Assembly (NCBI GenBank): GCA_951406725.2
Contig: OX597820.1
Coordinates: 85,932,001-85,996,000, forward strand
DNA: 64,000 nt
Origin: Octopus vulgaris
Lineage: Eukaryota
Direction: 5' to 3'
A program made the position numbers and the translations under genes. Of this stretch, positions 41,105 through 53,474 are shown in pieces; positions within the stretch are counted from its first letter, which is position 1; each line of letters begins with the position of its first letter. The notes under the pieces are model-generated. The model saw nothing but the letters and a program-made list of their open reading frames with translations, was not told the DNA's origin and made no database searches.

Positions 41105-42037
41105 ACATACTGTCATGATGGCCTAAATTGGGTTGTTTCTTTTGTGTAGTGGTAATTAACACATCTACATAGTTTACAGCAGACTCAACGTTCGAGCCAC
41201 GGGAGAGATGTGACAACATTTTCTATCTGCTATATAATATATAGAGAGAGCGATAGAGAGAGAGAAAGAAAAAAAGAAAGAGAGAAAGAAAGAATGAAGG
41301 AATGAAGGAATGAAGGAAGAAAGGAAGAAAGAAATGTTGGATGTTGGGATACCTGAGTGATATATGGTATTCATTACTCGATTATCCGTGACAGTTTTGA
41401 AGCTAATCTGAACACCTCATTATTTGTAGGCATGTGTGCGTTAAGAGAGGCAATACGTTGAACTAGAAGTAATTTTAGTTCAGTTGATATTGTCTCACTA
41501 ATGAAATATAAAATCAAGAGCGGAAACGATAATTCCTATCTAATAAGACAAGTGAAACATATCTGTAACTAAAATCAATTAAAAATTATACACGGACCAT
41601 ACAACGGGGAATGAATCAAAGCATTGTCTTTACAACTTTTGCCATGACATGGCCAGAATCGTCACGTTACTTACCAAAATATAAACAGCACACTCCACAA
41701 AAAGTCAGTATTTCATATTTGATTAATTCTCAGTTTTGAGATTTTTTTTTTGTCTTACCTGCTTTGAATTATGATTAAAGCAAATAATGCTGCCCTTGAT
41801 AACGTGGTCAGTTTGGAGTGATTTATTAATATTTTTTTATGATGATTACTGTACGTACGCTAATACCTCCTCTTAACGGCACTATTGTTATGTAGTAGAG
41901 ATTTAATACAGAACCTTCCGCTGTTATATACTGTAGTTTCATTCTCCTTCAGAAAGCATAAACGACCTTGGGGAATCCGCATATATACATACATAAATAT
42001 ATATGCTGATGTATGCGCATATATATATATATATATA

Positions 42038-43068
42038 CTTTATTTAAAGCAGCAGAAAATTCAACAAAACCTGTTACTCTGAGTTTCCCGTTGCCGTTCA
42101 TCGGACAGTTTTTGCTAGAATGGAACCGATATGTCAATACTATCCAGACTATTACAAACGCTACACCTTTAAAAAATGGACTTGTTTGATTAGCCCTTTA
42201 GAAATAACGGTCAATCTTCGAGCGAGAAATAAAAATGAGCTCAAATATATATATATATATATAAAATTATAAAAATTATAAAATTCGAGGAAAAACCTTA
42301 CATTGAATAAAATATATATTGACCTTTATGAAGGAAATATAATTAATACATGGAAATTGAAATGCATTAAAAATACATATTCATATTAAAGTATACATAT
42401 ATATCAACATACACAGATAGATGCGTACAAACCCCATACATACACAGACGTATAAATATAAAGCTAAAATATACACACAAATGCATGTATACATATGTAT
42501 ACGCAATCTAGTTCGCACGCAAGCTAAAATCATGGATGGTAAAGTAGCGTTCTTATTTACGAAGCAAAGTTTAAGACATGAGTAAGTGAGTGGGGACGTA
42601 AAGTTAGATGATTCTATACAAGTATCGTATATGTAGAGAAAAAAACGAAAGAAAGGAAGAGAGAGAAAAAAGAAAAAGGGGGAAGGAAAAAAGAAAAAAG
42701 GAGGGGTGGGGAAAAACTAAATAAGAAAAATTATGTATACAAGCTGTGTAACATATTGACACATATATAGAGAGACAAGTACACAAACACACAAGTTCAA
42801 GTGGATACATAAACATACAGTAGCTTAAGCACACACATACACGACTGTATGTGTATGTATGCACTTGAACTTGTGTGTCTGTGTACTTCTGTATATGTAT
42901 GGGGTTTGCACGTATCTATCTGTGTATGTTGATATATATGTATACTTTAATATGAATATGTATTTTTAATGCATTTCAATTTCCATGTATTAATTATATT
43001 TCCTTCATTAAGGTCAATATGTATTTTATTCAATGTAAGGTTTTTCCTCGAATTTTATAGTTTTTATA

Positions 43069-43111
<43 letters not shown>

Positions 43112-43232
43112 AGCTCATTTTGAGCTCAGAGTAACAGGTTTTGTTGAATTTTCTGCTGCTTTAAATAAAGCATATTACTCCACCACTGGTAATAGAGTAC
43201 TCTTTTTTCCGCCTTGTTTATGTGTTTACTCC

Positions 43233-43235
<3 letters not shown>
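42038..43235. repeat. Nested inverted-repeat block upstream of a PLE ORF
   Basis: Inverted pairs 42038-42083/43125-43170, 42232-42448/42888-43121 and 42777-42821/42844-42888. Confidence 0.9.
42066..42112 (-). ncRNA. Minimal hammerhead ribozyme (one core substitution)
   Basis: aaaactgt-CCGATGA-acg-gcaa-cgg-GAAA-ctcagag-TA-acaggtttt. Confidence 0.7.
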
Positions 43236-43299
<64 letters not shown>

Positions 43300-43454
43300 G
43301 TGTGTGTGTATATATATATTTATATACATACATACATATACATATATACATGCGTCTATGTGTATATATTTACATATACATGTATATTGACTGGTGCTGC
43401 CCTTGTACCCATAGCAATTCCGGATTTTTGACGGTAAAATGTATTGTCAAACAT

Positions 43455-44348
43455 TTTGATTCATGCCACCCAAGACACACTAAAACTAACATCCCCTTCA
43501 ACCTTGCAAGAAGGATATGCACAATAGTGTCAGAACAAAATACCAGGAACTATAGACTGCAAGAACTCAAAAACACCCTAATTGACAGACATTACCCAGC
43601 TCAACTCATAGAGGATGGGATCAGACGTGCAACAGAAATCAACATAGAAACTTTGAGAAAAGTTCAACACAACAACACTCCTTCCCCGAAAATACTACCT
43701 TACATATCCACATACAACCCCAGAAACAAAGAAGCCTTCAACATCATCACCCATAATTTACCAATACTTCATAAGGACCCCAAATTAAAGGAAATTCTAA
43801 ACATACACCAAATCATTAAAAGCTACAAACAACCTAAATCACTTAAAAAGATTCTCACAAAGGCAAAATTGTTTTCTGAAATTACGGATGCAAAAGTAAA
43901 AGAATGTGGTAGACCGAACTGTGCAACACGTCTAAACCTGCTAGAAGGATCAGGATTCCTCTTTAAAGAGGGACAGAAATTCAAGATCAAATCTAATTTT
44001 ACTTCTGCCTCTGAAAACATAATTTATGTCATAAGATGCTCGGGCTGCCACCAAAATTACGTGCGGTCCACGGGACTATCACTCAGACGTAGATGCACAC
44101 TGCATCGACAACAGATTGCATTCCCAGAATACAGAATGATACCCTTTAGTGAGCACATTGAGAAATGCGCAAAGCAACTACTACCACAATTTTTCATCTT
44201 TCCATTTTACCAATGTGCTATCGGAACACCAACACAAATTAGACTAAACAAGGAAACATTCTTCATTGAAAAATACAAGCCCGAACTTAACCATTCCAAC
44301 ATTCTTATACAGAGAAACTCACCCCCCAAAAAAGGCAATAAATATTAA
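43455..44348 (+). pseudogene. Penelope-like element: RT thumb, Cys-rich linker and GIY-YIG endonuclease (5'-truncated, Neptune-like)
   Basis: [25 protein letters not shown]...[39 protein letters not shown](R), [39 protein letters not shown]; YIG altered to YVR; the listed ATG at 43296 lies in microsatellite. Confidence 0.92.
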
Positions 44349-44440
44349 GCGATTATCTCCCTTACACCGGAAGAAATCACTTATTACCTCCCCTTATCTG
44401 GAACTCTTCCTTACACTTCTCAACGAAAGCATAACGATGT

Positions 44441-44480
44441 AAGAAATTTGAAAAGCTGAACGCGAAACCGGTCATTTCTT
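44441..44480 (+). ncRNA. Degenerate minimal hammerhead in the PLE 3' pseudo-LTR
   Basis: aagaaat-TTGAAAA-gc-tgaac-gc-GAAA-ccgg-TC-atttctt: 7-bp stem I and palindromic ACCGGT stem III, two core changes; ~90 bp after the EN stop codon, same strand. Confidence 0.7.
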
Positions 44481-45029
44481 CAAAAACTATATCAGTGTAT
44501 GATATAATGATTCAAATATATATTTTTTTACCTTTTAAAACAAGCCTTCTGTAGTTTTTCACTTTTTACTATTTTCTATATATTCAACCACGTGCTTTCA
44601 CATACCAACTTTCTCACCTATATATATATATATATCATATATATATATCATGGATGTATGCATGAATGTATGTTATTTACACAAGTACGTATGTACGCAG
44701 GAGAATGGTGCATTTTGTATGTATCTGTGATTTTGTGTGCATTTTCACCCTAAATGAAGAATTTCTGCAATGTTTTACAAAGTTTGCAAGTATATCTAAT
44801 CGATTGCTTGGAGAATACAAATCAATTTTCTGTTTAGTTTTGGGGGAAACACAACATTCCTAATTTTTCATGCAGATTGTTGTTGCATAACCCACTGCAT
44901 CTATGATAATAGATTTAAATGAAAATACATAACTTAACCGTAAGAAACGGTAGGTTTCTCAATAGTTATCTACGAATATATTCTTTTATACCCAATCCTG
45001 GCCGAGACAATCGCTTTGGCCAAGCAGCC

Positions 45030-45360
45030 TCTAAACGAATGCATTATACCTGATCTTCTTATGGCGTTGATTATGTTTCCTACTGTTCAGAATATTTTCA
45101 GGACAAGAGGACCACTGCACTGATCCTATTATATTTAATGCATGCTTTTTATGGCTAATAAAAATACCAGCAACATTTTTCTTCTGTATATTGATTGCCA
45201 ATTGATGTGAATAATTCGGGTATCTTATTTCGCTGTCACTTTTCATCCTTTTCATATAACCGAACAAACGGTCTCATGTGGCTGTTTCTATAGAACTTGT
45301 TGAAATTTTGGTTCAAATGAAAGGTTCACTGAAAACATTTGGTATCTGACTGTCTCCTGT
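45030..45360 (-). mobile_element. Possible highly decayed PLE GIY-YIG remnant
   Basis: Fragments resembling RYQ/KC..KFYI.TAT and ENILNSRK..RHKK. Confidence 0.3.
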
Positions 45361-46475
45361 CCAAACATGAAGTTTGTAATTATAATTACATGCTGAGTCA
45401 TATATGAAACTTACCTCTCGATCTCTCGATTACTGCTAAAATCTTCCATTAAAATGGGAGTTTTCCATATTTATCAGAAAAAAAGAAGAGCCATTTTTAA
45501 TTGGCATGTGTAAGTGTAACCGCTAGTACTCGCGATCCATTTTGCAGTAGGTGTATATTGCCCCTATAGTAGGTGATTGCATTCAATAGTGTATTATTAT
45601 GCATGTCTGCATGCATGCAGTTAAGTATTGTGCATGTGGAGATAGATATTACTATATTCTTTTAAGAACGCGCACACACACATGTGCACGACAATACATT
45701 TTAAAATTCAAAACCCTTAATTAAGTATCATCCTAGCCCTAATTAGACTACCATTGTAGGACAATCACGCAACATCAATATGTTCCAACACAATCAGCGA
45801 AACACCATAAACCACCTTTAACATGTTGAACCCTACGTAGATGAAGGACAACTTGGAATGCAAGCTCAAAGTAGAAAATATTCACATAAAACAGCCATAT
45901 ATGACTAAATGATTTCCTAACCACACGCATACACACACATCACATACGAACATACATATGCGTATACATGTGTGTTGTGTGTGTGCGTATGTGTGTGTAA
46001 TCGCCTCAAAATCACTATCATCGCCATTTTTCAAGTCCGATCCCGTTGTATGTCAAGCATCTTTTAACATAACCTTCCGTTGACATGTGTAGTGCCATTG
46101 CAATAGAATGGACGGAAACTGTACGGATATCCATTGGATTGCATGTAAATTTAGATGGAATGTCACGATTTGCTATACACTGTCACTGTTCTCATTCATA
46201 TTTTTTCGAAATGTATAAGCGTCTTTTGTCTATTCAGCAACGTACAAGTTTAATTCTGTGCTCAACTAATTCATCAGTTCAAATAACTAAATGATCACTT
46301 ATTAAGGTTTTCTATACAGATTTTCCATAAAAAATGATACCCAGCACAAATTATGTGACGGCGTTTCGTATCCGAGGCGCCTGATGTGTTTAATATGTAA
46401 AATTGGTATAGCCAATAACGTTGTACCGCTGTATATAGTGGCTATTTAAACAATATGCTTGTGAATTGATTAATA

Positions 46476-46536
46476 GGTTAAATGAGTTCTGATGAAGGAG
46501 CAAAAACACCTGAAACGTCATTTACGTCCATTACCC
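46476..46536 (+). ncRNA. Hammerhead ribozyme candidate with intact core
   Basis: CTGATGA-aggag-caaaaa-cacct-GAAA-cgt-cattt-acg-TC; stem I (aatg/catt, ggt/acc) is offset by 4 nt. Confidence 0.55.
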
Positions 46537-47617
46537 ATTTTTCGTCTTCGATCTCACTGTTTGTATTAAATGGCTTTAATATTGTGGAAAAATCTGTAGA
46601 GATAACCGTGATAAGTGATGCAATCGCACTGCTAACACAGTAGGACACAATATTGACTTATAAAAACGTTTAATATACTCTGTAGTATATTGTGGTTGCA
46701 TAATAACATACGGTGTCCCTACAGTTCATTAACAAAATGATCTTCTTGGAAAAGGACGAAGATTCTCTAGTTCTTGAATTATATATGTATACGTATATTA
46801 TGTGGGTATACGCATATAATTATATACGTACGTGTACCTGTGTGCGAAAGATTATGCGCGTGCATGAGTGTCTGTGTATGTGTGTGAACATGAGTGAGTG
46901 TATGCGCGTGTCTGTGTATTGTGTGTGTCTGTGTGTGTCTGTGTGCCTGTGTGTGTGTGTGTGTGCATGCGTACGCACTAGTGTGCGTATGCGTTTCTCT
47001 GTAATGACTAATTCAAACACACACACACAATTAAACACAGTAAAATCTATACCCTTGCTCCTGCATCTAGAAGCATTCATTCCTGTATTTCATTTCCAGA
47101 AATTGCATTTGGCCCCGATCGTGTAATTCTATGGCTGTTTTAGCCTGAAGAAAATTACTGAAGTCTTACGGAGTGTTACGTTAACTAAGAGCTGATATTA
47201 AAGTTGTTACCAAAAGCGTGCACACGCATACACACCAAACATTCATACAGATTGCTTACTTAGACAAATATACTCACACACACATACACACGCATACTTA
47301 TATATGTATATGCATAGATATCTATTTATATATATATATATATATATGCATGCAGGTATGTATATATGTGTTTCTATGTGTGTCCGCATGTATATATGCA
47401 TGTATGTATATGCATGTAGATAGACACATAGAGAAAGATAGATAGATAGACAGACAGACTTTAGATAGATAGAAAGACAGTCAGATACGTAAATAAAACG
47501 AAGGATACAGTTATATATACACAGAATCTAACATATATAATTTTAGACAAAATTATATTTATATCATACATAATTTGATAGAAAGTCATATTGATTTCAT
47601 ACGTATGTAATTTTATA

Positions 47618-47860
47618 CAGGCGTGGTTATTGTAAGAAGTTAGTTTTCCAACCACATTGTCCGGGTTCAGTCCTACTGCATGGCAACTTGGGCAAGTGTC
47701 CTCTACTAGAACCTTGGGCTTGCTAGACCCTTGTGACTGGATTTGGTAGACGGAATTTCTGTTGTGTGTGTGTATGTGTGTGTGTGTGTGTGTGAATCTA
47801 TGTTAATTTGTGCTTGTCTCCGTGTGTGTGTATCTATGTTAATTTGTGCTTGTCTCCGCC
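47618..47860 (+). mobile_element. SINE family C 5' half (tRNA-like head, CORE-like block)
   Basis: CAGGCGTGG..GTAAGAAG...CCAACCACAT..TCCGGGTTCAGTCC.ACTGC.TGGCA.CTTGGGCAAGTG; ends in a 36-bp tandem duplication at 47786-47857. Confidence 0.8.
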
Positions 47861-48413
47861 AATCACACACACATTGTTAAATTCTTTTATCGCTGGATTG
47901 CGTGTTCGTTTCTCTTTTTGCTATCTGTTATTTTATTTATGATCTTCTATATAAATGAAGATATTTCCTCCGTCTGGCTGCTTTTCTCACTACAAAACGG
48001 AAAGTTACATTGCGGATCAGTCATTTTAAAGAGTTATACTTACTTATCACTCGACGTGATACATCTGCACACCGGATGCTCTTAACCAGTTGTTGAGTGT
48101 CCTACTCAAGAAGAATCGATGATAGATGTGTCGAAACAAGTGTCGTGATTAATAATAAATTCTCGTATATTCCATCTTCTGTCTTTCATTTGCTCTCTCT
48201 CTCTCTGTATATATATATATATAGGGAGAATTCACGAAAAATGCAAAAGACGAAGACAAGTGGTGTAGAAAACAAATAGATGTATTAGTATAACTCTCGG
48301 GAATCGAAAAAGTCTTTAAAGTTTCGAACCTACGCTCTTCCACAGAAACGAACACAGTAGGAAACAAGGAGAGAACAAATATGTGTAGTGGCTACCGATC
48401 TATCATGGCGAAC

Positions 48414-48476
<63 letters not shown>

Positions 48477-48554
48477 ATAATACAGTGATTGTTTCTTATC
48501 AGGAACAAAATGTTTAATAGGACTGCTATAGAAGTGCTCAATTGAATGAGACAA

Positions 48555-49591
48555 ATATATCAAACTAAAGTTATAGAACAAACAAATGCAAGGTCATCCA
48601 ATAAGATTTCATAACTCGAACATTTAATCATAGAAAATACATTTAGACATCACGAAAGATGGAATATAATTCATCTGTACAAGCATATAAGAAAGTGCGA
48701 GAAATAATGTGTGAATATATGTGAATACAGTTCATCACGGTTAATACTTCAGTTAATACTTCAGTGATTAAGTAAAATATATTTTTTTAAAAAACCATTA
48801 CAACACCAAGAAGGTAAGACGTAAAAATATAGTATAGAGTAATATATATATATATATAGGTATATACAAATATATAGAAAAATATACAAATATAGGAAGC
48901 ATATAAAAATATATAATATATAATGTAAAATGAAATAAAGGTTCATCGTTTAGAAAATATAAACTTACTTATCGAATAAGAGAGGCCTTATATTTAAAAA
49001 GAAACCATATTTACTAAATTCCCTATGGCCATTTCAGGGGTATATTATTGTGTTTAAGGCACTAGGGTGCATCACGCTAATAACTCCTTCGTCAGGGGAA
49101 AAAATAGAGAGACAGACACCATCGCGTAGCAGGCTTAACACAATATTGTGTGTTTTCTTATTAAAGCAGTCATGCTCAGACGAGACCAGAGGAAAGAATT
49201 AAAGCAGTAAAAAAACATATTTTATATAAAGCAGTAGAAAAATAAGGCAGTAAAAAAATATAAAGCAGTAAAAATAAAAAAATAAAAAATAAATGGGTGT
49301 ATTAAATTAAATTAAATTAAATTAAATTAAATTAAATTAAATTAAATTAAATTAAATTGAACCCCCGTGGTTTCAAACCCTGCAAGAGCTAAACTATTTA
49401 TTAACTTTTAACCGTGATGAACTGTATTCACATATATTCACACATTTTTTCTCGCGCTTTATTATATGCTTGTACAGATGAATTATATTCCATCTTCCGT
49501 GATGTCTAAAAGTATTTTCTATGATTAAATGTTCGAGTTATGAAATGTTATTGGATGACCTTGCATTTGTTTGTTCTGTAACTTTAGTTTG

Positions 49592-49597
<6 letters not shown>
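48555..49597. mobile_element. Fold-back PLE-like module: 190-bp inverted arms enclosing a hammerhead and (TTAAA)n
   Basis: 48555-48744 is the reverse complement of 49408-49597 (about 7 mismatches by eye). Confidence 0.8.
49019..49100 (-). ncRNA. Type I hammerhead ribozyme, intact core
   Basis: ttccc-CTGACGA-agg..(extended stem II)..cct-GAAA-tggcca-TA-gggaa; palindromic ATGGCCAT stem III. Confidence 0.75.
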
Positions 49598-49624
<27 letters not shown>

Positions 49625-49853
49625 TGTATATATATGTATATATAATATATATATATATGAACATATTATTGTTCATAATAATATCATTGGTTTAGCATGG
49701 GTAAAAAAACCTATGACAGTATAAACTATCAATCAATCAGGAGTGCTGCCTGTTAGTACACATAATTATTTATGTGCGCGTGAGTTAAAGAAAATGAGAC
49801 AGCAAAGCCACGGTAGTATGAAATTTCTAGGAAATTTATAATGAGAAATGTAA

Positions 49854-49899
49854 TCTTACAGCTGTTTCAAGGAGATGAGTAATATCTCTTCATCAGAGA
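49854..49899 (-). ncRNA. Minimal type I hammerhead ribozyme, intact core
   Basis: tct-CTGATGA-a-gagat-attactc-atctc-ctt-GAAA-cagctg-TA-aga; palindromic ACAGCTGT stem III, GUA site. Confidence 0.78.
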
Positions 49900-50489
49900 C
49901 GATATGAGAGCGTTAAAAAGAGGGAAATAATAGAGTTCGATATAGGAAGTTTAGTTTGGGAGATATATAGGAAATGTTCTGGCTGACACTTTCGACTGAG
50001 AAGTGGGCTTGTCCACTACGAATAAATAATGGACTGACACAGTCAGTAGGGTCGTTCCGACTAGTCCCTTTGAGATGACGAAATACGTTGTCATCATAGG
50101 ACATGTCAGTACCGACGAAGGTTCGGATAATATCACCACTGGGACATATCAGGAAGAATAAATAGAAATAAAAGAATAAAAGGCTCCTTGTCCATGGTGT
50201 GTAAATTCCGATAGGAGTTCATATTTTGTTATTACAAATGGATAGTATGGAGACATTAATTCCATGTGCTGTTCATTCAAATGGGTATTGTAGTGTGAAT
50301 GGGATTTTGAAAAAGTAAAGTACTGGTAGGGGTAAGTAGATCGAGAGAAGAGAATGTGTATGTTAGAAGGAGGAGAATAGTATTGGCCAAGAAGAATAGG
50401 GGAGGAAAGAAGAAAAAAAGAAAGAAAGAAAGGAAGAGATTAGAAAATGAAAAAAGCAGTGATGGATGGTGGTCAATATATTGTGAAGG

Positions 50490-50855
50490 CATTTAGTGGA
50501 ACAAATCTACCCAAGACTTTTTTCAAAGCCTAGTACTTATCATATTGGCCTTTAAGAGCCAAACTGCTGAGTTACGGAGACATAAATACGCCAATACCGG
50601 TTGGCAAGCGGAGATGGGGGCGGGACAAACGCAGAAACAACGACACATAAATATATGTGTGTGTGCGCGCGTGTGTGTGTGTGTGTCTGTGAGTGTATAA
50701 ATATGATGAGTTTCTTAAATTTTCCATCTACCAAAACCACTCGCAAGGTATTTGGCGCCCCGAAGCTATAGTAGACGTTACTTGCCCAAGGTGCCCCGCA
50801 ATCGGACTAAACCCGAAACCATGTGCCTGAGAAGCAAACAGAGTCAAGCCTGAGC
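50490..50855 (-). mobile_element. SINE family C copy
   Basis: Reverse complement of the head/CORE block seen at 47618 plus the 3' block seen at 55805. Confidence 0.75.
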
Positions 50856-50915
50856 GTGAATATAGTTTGTGTAATGTCCATGAGTGTATATTCATAATGC
50901 AAAATGAGACGTTAC

Positions 50916-50956
<41 letters not shown>

Positions 50957-50961
<5 letters not shown>

Positions 50962-51212
50962 TTATAAATAAGGATAATATTGATATTTAAATATCGATAT
51001 TATCAAGTGGCCAGCATGGGAAAAATACCGTACAAAGGTAATAATTTTTTACAACTAAAAATAAGGATGTCTGAGAGACAGCATCATGCCGAAATAGCAG
51101 TCAAAACCCTGACTTTAAAAACCACGTTAAATGTTCATATCGTACCATGAGATAAGACAGAGGGACAAAATAGACTAGCAAATAATATTATTGAATAATT
51201 CAAGATCCAGGA
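50957..51212 (+). mobile_element. Second copy of the 26594-27192 pseudo-LTR-like family, between (TA)n tracts
   Basis: Shares CATGCCGAAATAGCAGTC, ACCACGTTAAATGTTCATATCG and TTATTGAATAATTCAAGATCCA. Confidence 0.85.
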
Positions 51213-51242
51213 TTGAATATGTATAGTTGAATATATATTAGT

Positions 51243-51291
<49 letters not shown>

Positions 51292-53178
51292 CTTACTTAC
51301 TAATACTCTCGCTTGACACAAAATAGAAGAAATATTTATTAAAGCATATTCTACAAACTTTACTTCCGCAAATGTCAATGAATAAACTTTATATATAATA
51401 CTCAAATATCATCAAAGTATGTCTGTACGTATGTATGTACCTAGTGAAAACTTTCCTGACAAACTAATGTGTCCGACTAACTAAATCCTTTTGTAAGCAT
51501 AAAAGCGCAAGATAAATAATTTTATTTCAACAGCATGACCTCAAGCTGACACCTTATTTTACACGCGCCCAATCAAAAAGTTTTGCATGCTTGGCTAAAC
51601 TCTGAACAATGACATCCATTCTTTCAAAAGAAACAGAATAAAACTACCGAATAATACAAATGGTAAGAAATGAAATCTTTTGACCAGTTACTTTCAAACT
51701 TTTGTGAATTCTTAAACAACATCATGTGAATTCTATGTTAGGAGAAGATATCTGATATTGGTATCGATCCTGGAATCCAGTGATGGCAGAGAACTTTATA
51801 CGTAGAAATCTATGCTTTTATCAGCTTGCACATATGATAGATACATATATACCACAACGAATGCACAAGCTAATAGAAGGAACTTACAACGGACTCGAAA
51901 CTGTATTTATTGATTGATAGGTTGACGTCTTTCCTTTTGTTCCTTAATTTTCATTGGACGTGGAAACACGATCATATTCTAAAACATTCTGAGTTTCCAT
52001 ATATCACAACAGAAGATCCTGTTTTCACGCCAAAGTTTAAGTAACACCAGGAGCTATGTGAACACCTTACACAATGAATCCACACGCACACATAGTATAC
52101 GCACACAACGTATACATACACATCCATGCATATGTACTTATATCCATATAAATGTATCGCCCCCACACACAAACACACATAAGTATATATTTTATTTGTG
52201 TATGTGTGTGACTGCATTTATGTATGTATGTATGTATGTATGTATGTGTGTGTGTGTGTGTTTTGTGACTGTATTTATGTATGTATGTGTCTACATACAT
52301 ACGTACAGACATACTTACAAAGTCGTGTACAAAGATATGACGATGTAACACAAAACAGGTTTAATCGATCGATTGGTTGATTGGTTTTTGGAGGAGAATT
52401 TGTAATTGTAACTCATTTGGATGGAAAATTACGAATTAGGAAAAACGTGATTTGAATGAAAATTTGAAAATACATCAGACGAGATTCTTCCCAGAGTAGG
52501 AAATTGATTTTATTCACATTTTTTATCTTTTTATTTATTTAGTTATTTATTTATTTATTGCTGAAGCCTTTTTGAAGTGTTGCAATAGATTTCATCATCT
52601 AAAATAAATTATTCGATCTAAATTGTATTAATGTCATGTTGGGTGCAAGAATGCCTATGTAGTTAAGAAATTTACTTTGCCACTCTGTCGGTGCGATTTC
52701 AAATACTATGTGAGCAGTGAGTTCTAAAATAGCCCGGTGCCTACAAAAAATATGTAGTAGGAAGACTTCTTACTCTCGAGTTGCAGTCTGTCTTAATTTG
52801 CAACCTAATTTAACAGCTCCTGAAACTAATAGCAGACATCGTGAATAAATAACTTTGTACCAACCAAGAGAAATACAGAAGCGTAGAAAAAAGTTTATCC
52901 ACCACATGCAGTTCTTTGCATCAAAGCAAAGTAAAGTAGGCAAAAGGGGTGAGAAAGCAGCGTATGAAATGGTTTAGTTTAAATTTTCGGAGATCTAAAC
53001 AAATAATGGAAACAATAAAAAGAATTATTAAGAAAGTCGTTAAGGCAGAGTTGTGGTACAATATTGACATATTCCAGGGTAAATAGTTTCTTGACGCTGC
53101 CACCTGAAGGAAATTATTTCATTAACTTAGGAAAGAACTTACAGATATTAAACTTTGGATTAAGTTAATTACAGAAAT

Positions 53179-53474
53179 GTTTGTTCCTTCTCGAGCCAAA
53201 CCTGGCTTATAAGAGCCGATTTCCCGGTTTCCTTGGTGTATAGGTTCCCTACCTAGACGGCACACTGGTCCGTCGCAGGTGAGCTGCTAGTTGCAGGAGG
53301 AAAGAGTGGGGGAAAGTAGTGGCTAAAGTGTCAGCGGGAGTTCGCCATTACCTTCTGTTGGAGCCGCGTGGAGCTTAGGTGTTTCGCTCATAAACACATA
53401 CATCGCCCAGTCTGAGATTCGCGATCCCTCGACCATGAGTCCGATGCTCTAACCACTAGGCCATGTGCCTTCAA
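53179..53474 (-). mobile_element. tRNA-derived SINE (family A) with 13-bp TSD
   Basis: Minus-strand head GGCACATGGCCTAGTGGTTAGAGCA; shares GAGCGAAACACCTAAGCTCCACG with 8527; TSD TAATTACAGAAAT at 53166-53178 and 53475-53487. Confidence 0.88.

Noticed and set aside
43296-43454. N-terminal extension of the 350-aa ORF
   Set aside because: Microsatellite and flanking DNA in frame by chance; PLE homology starts near 43455
48308-48350. Minus-strand CTGTGGA-agagc-gtag-gttc-GAAA-ctttaaag
   Set aside because: Non-canonical core and no UH cleavage triplet
49162-49357. Short repeats with variable spacers, superficially CRISPR-like
   Set aside because: Eukaryotic AT-rich minisatellite; repeats ~10 bp, irregular spacing, no cas genes
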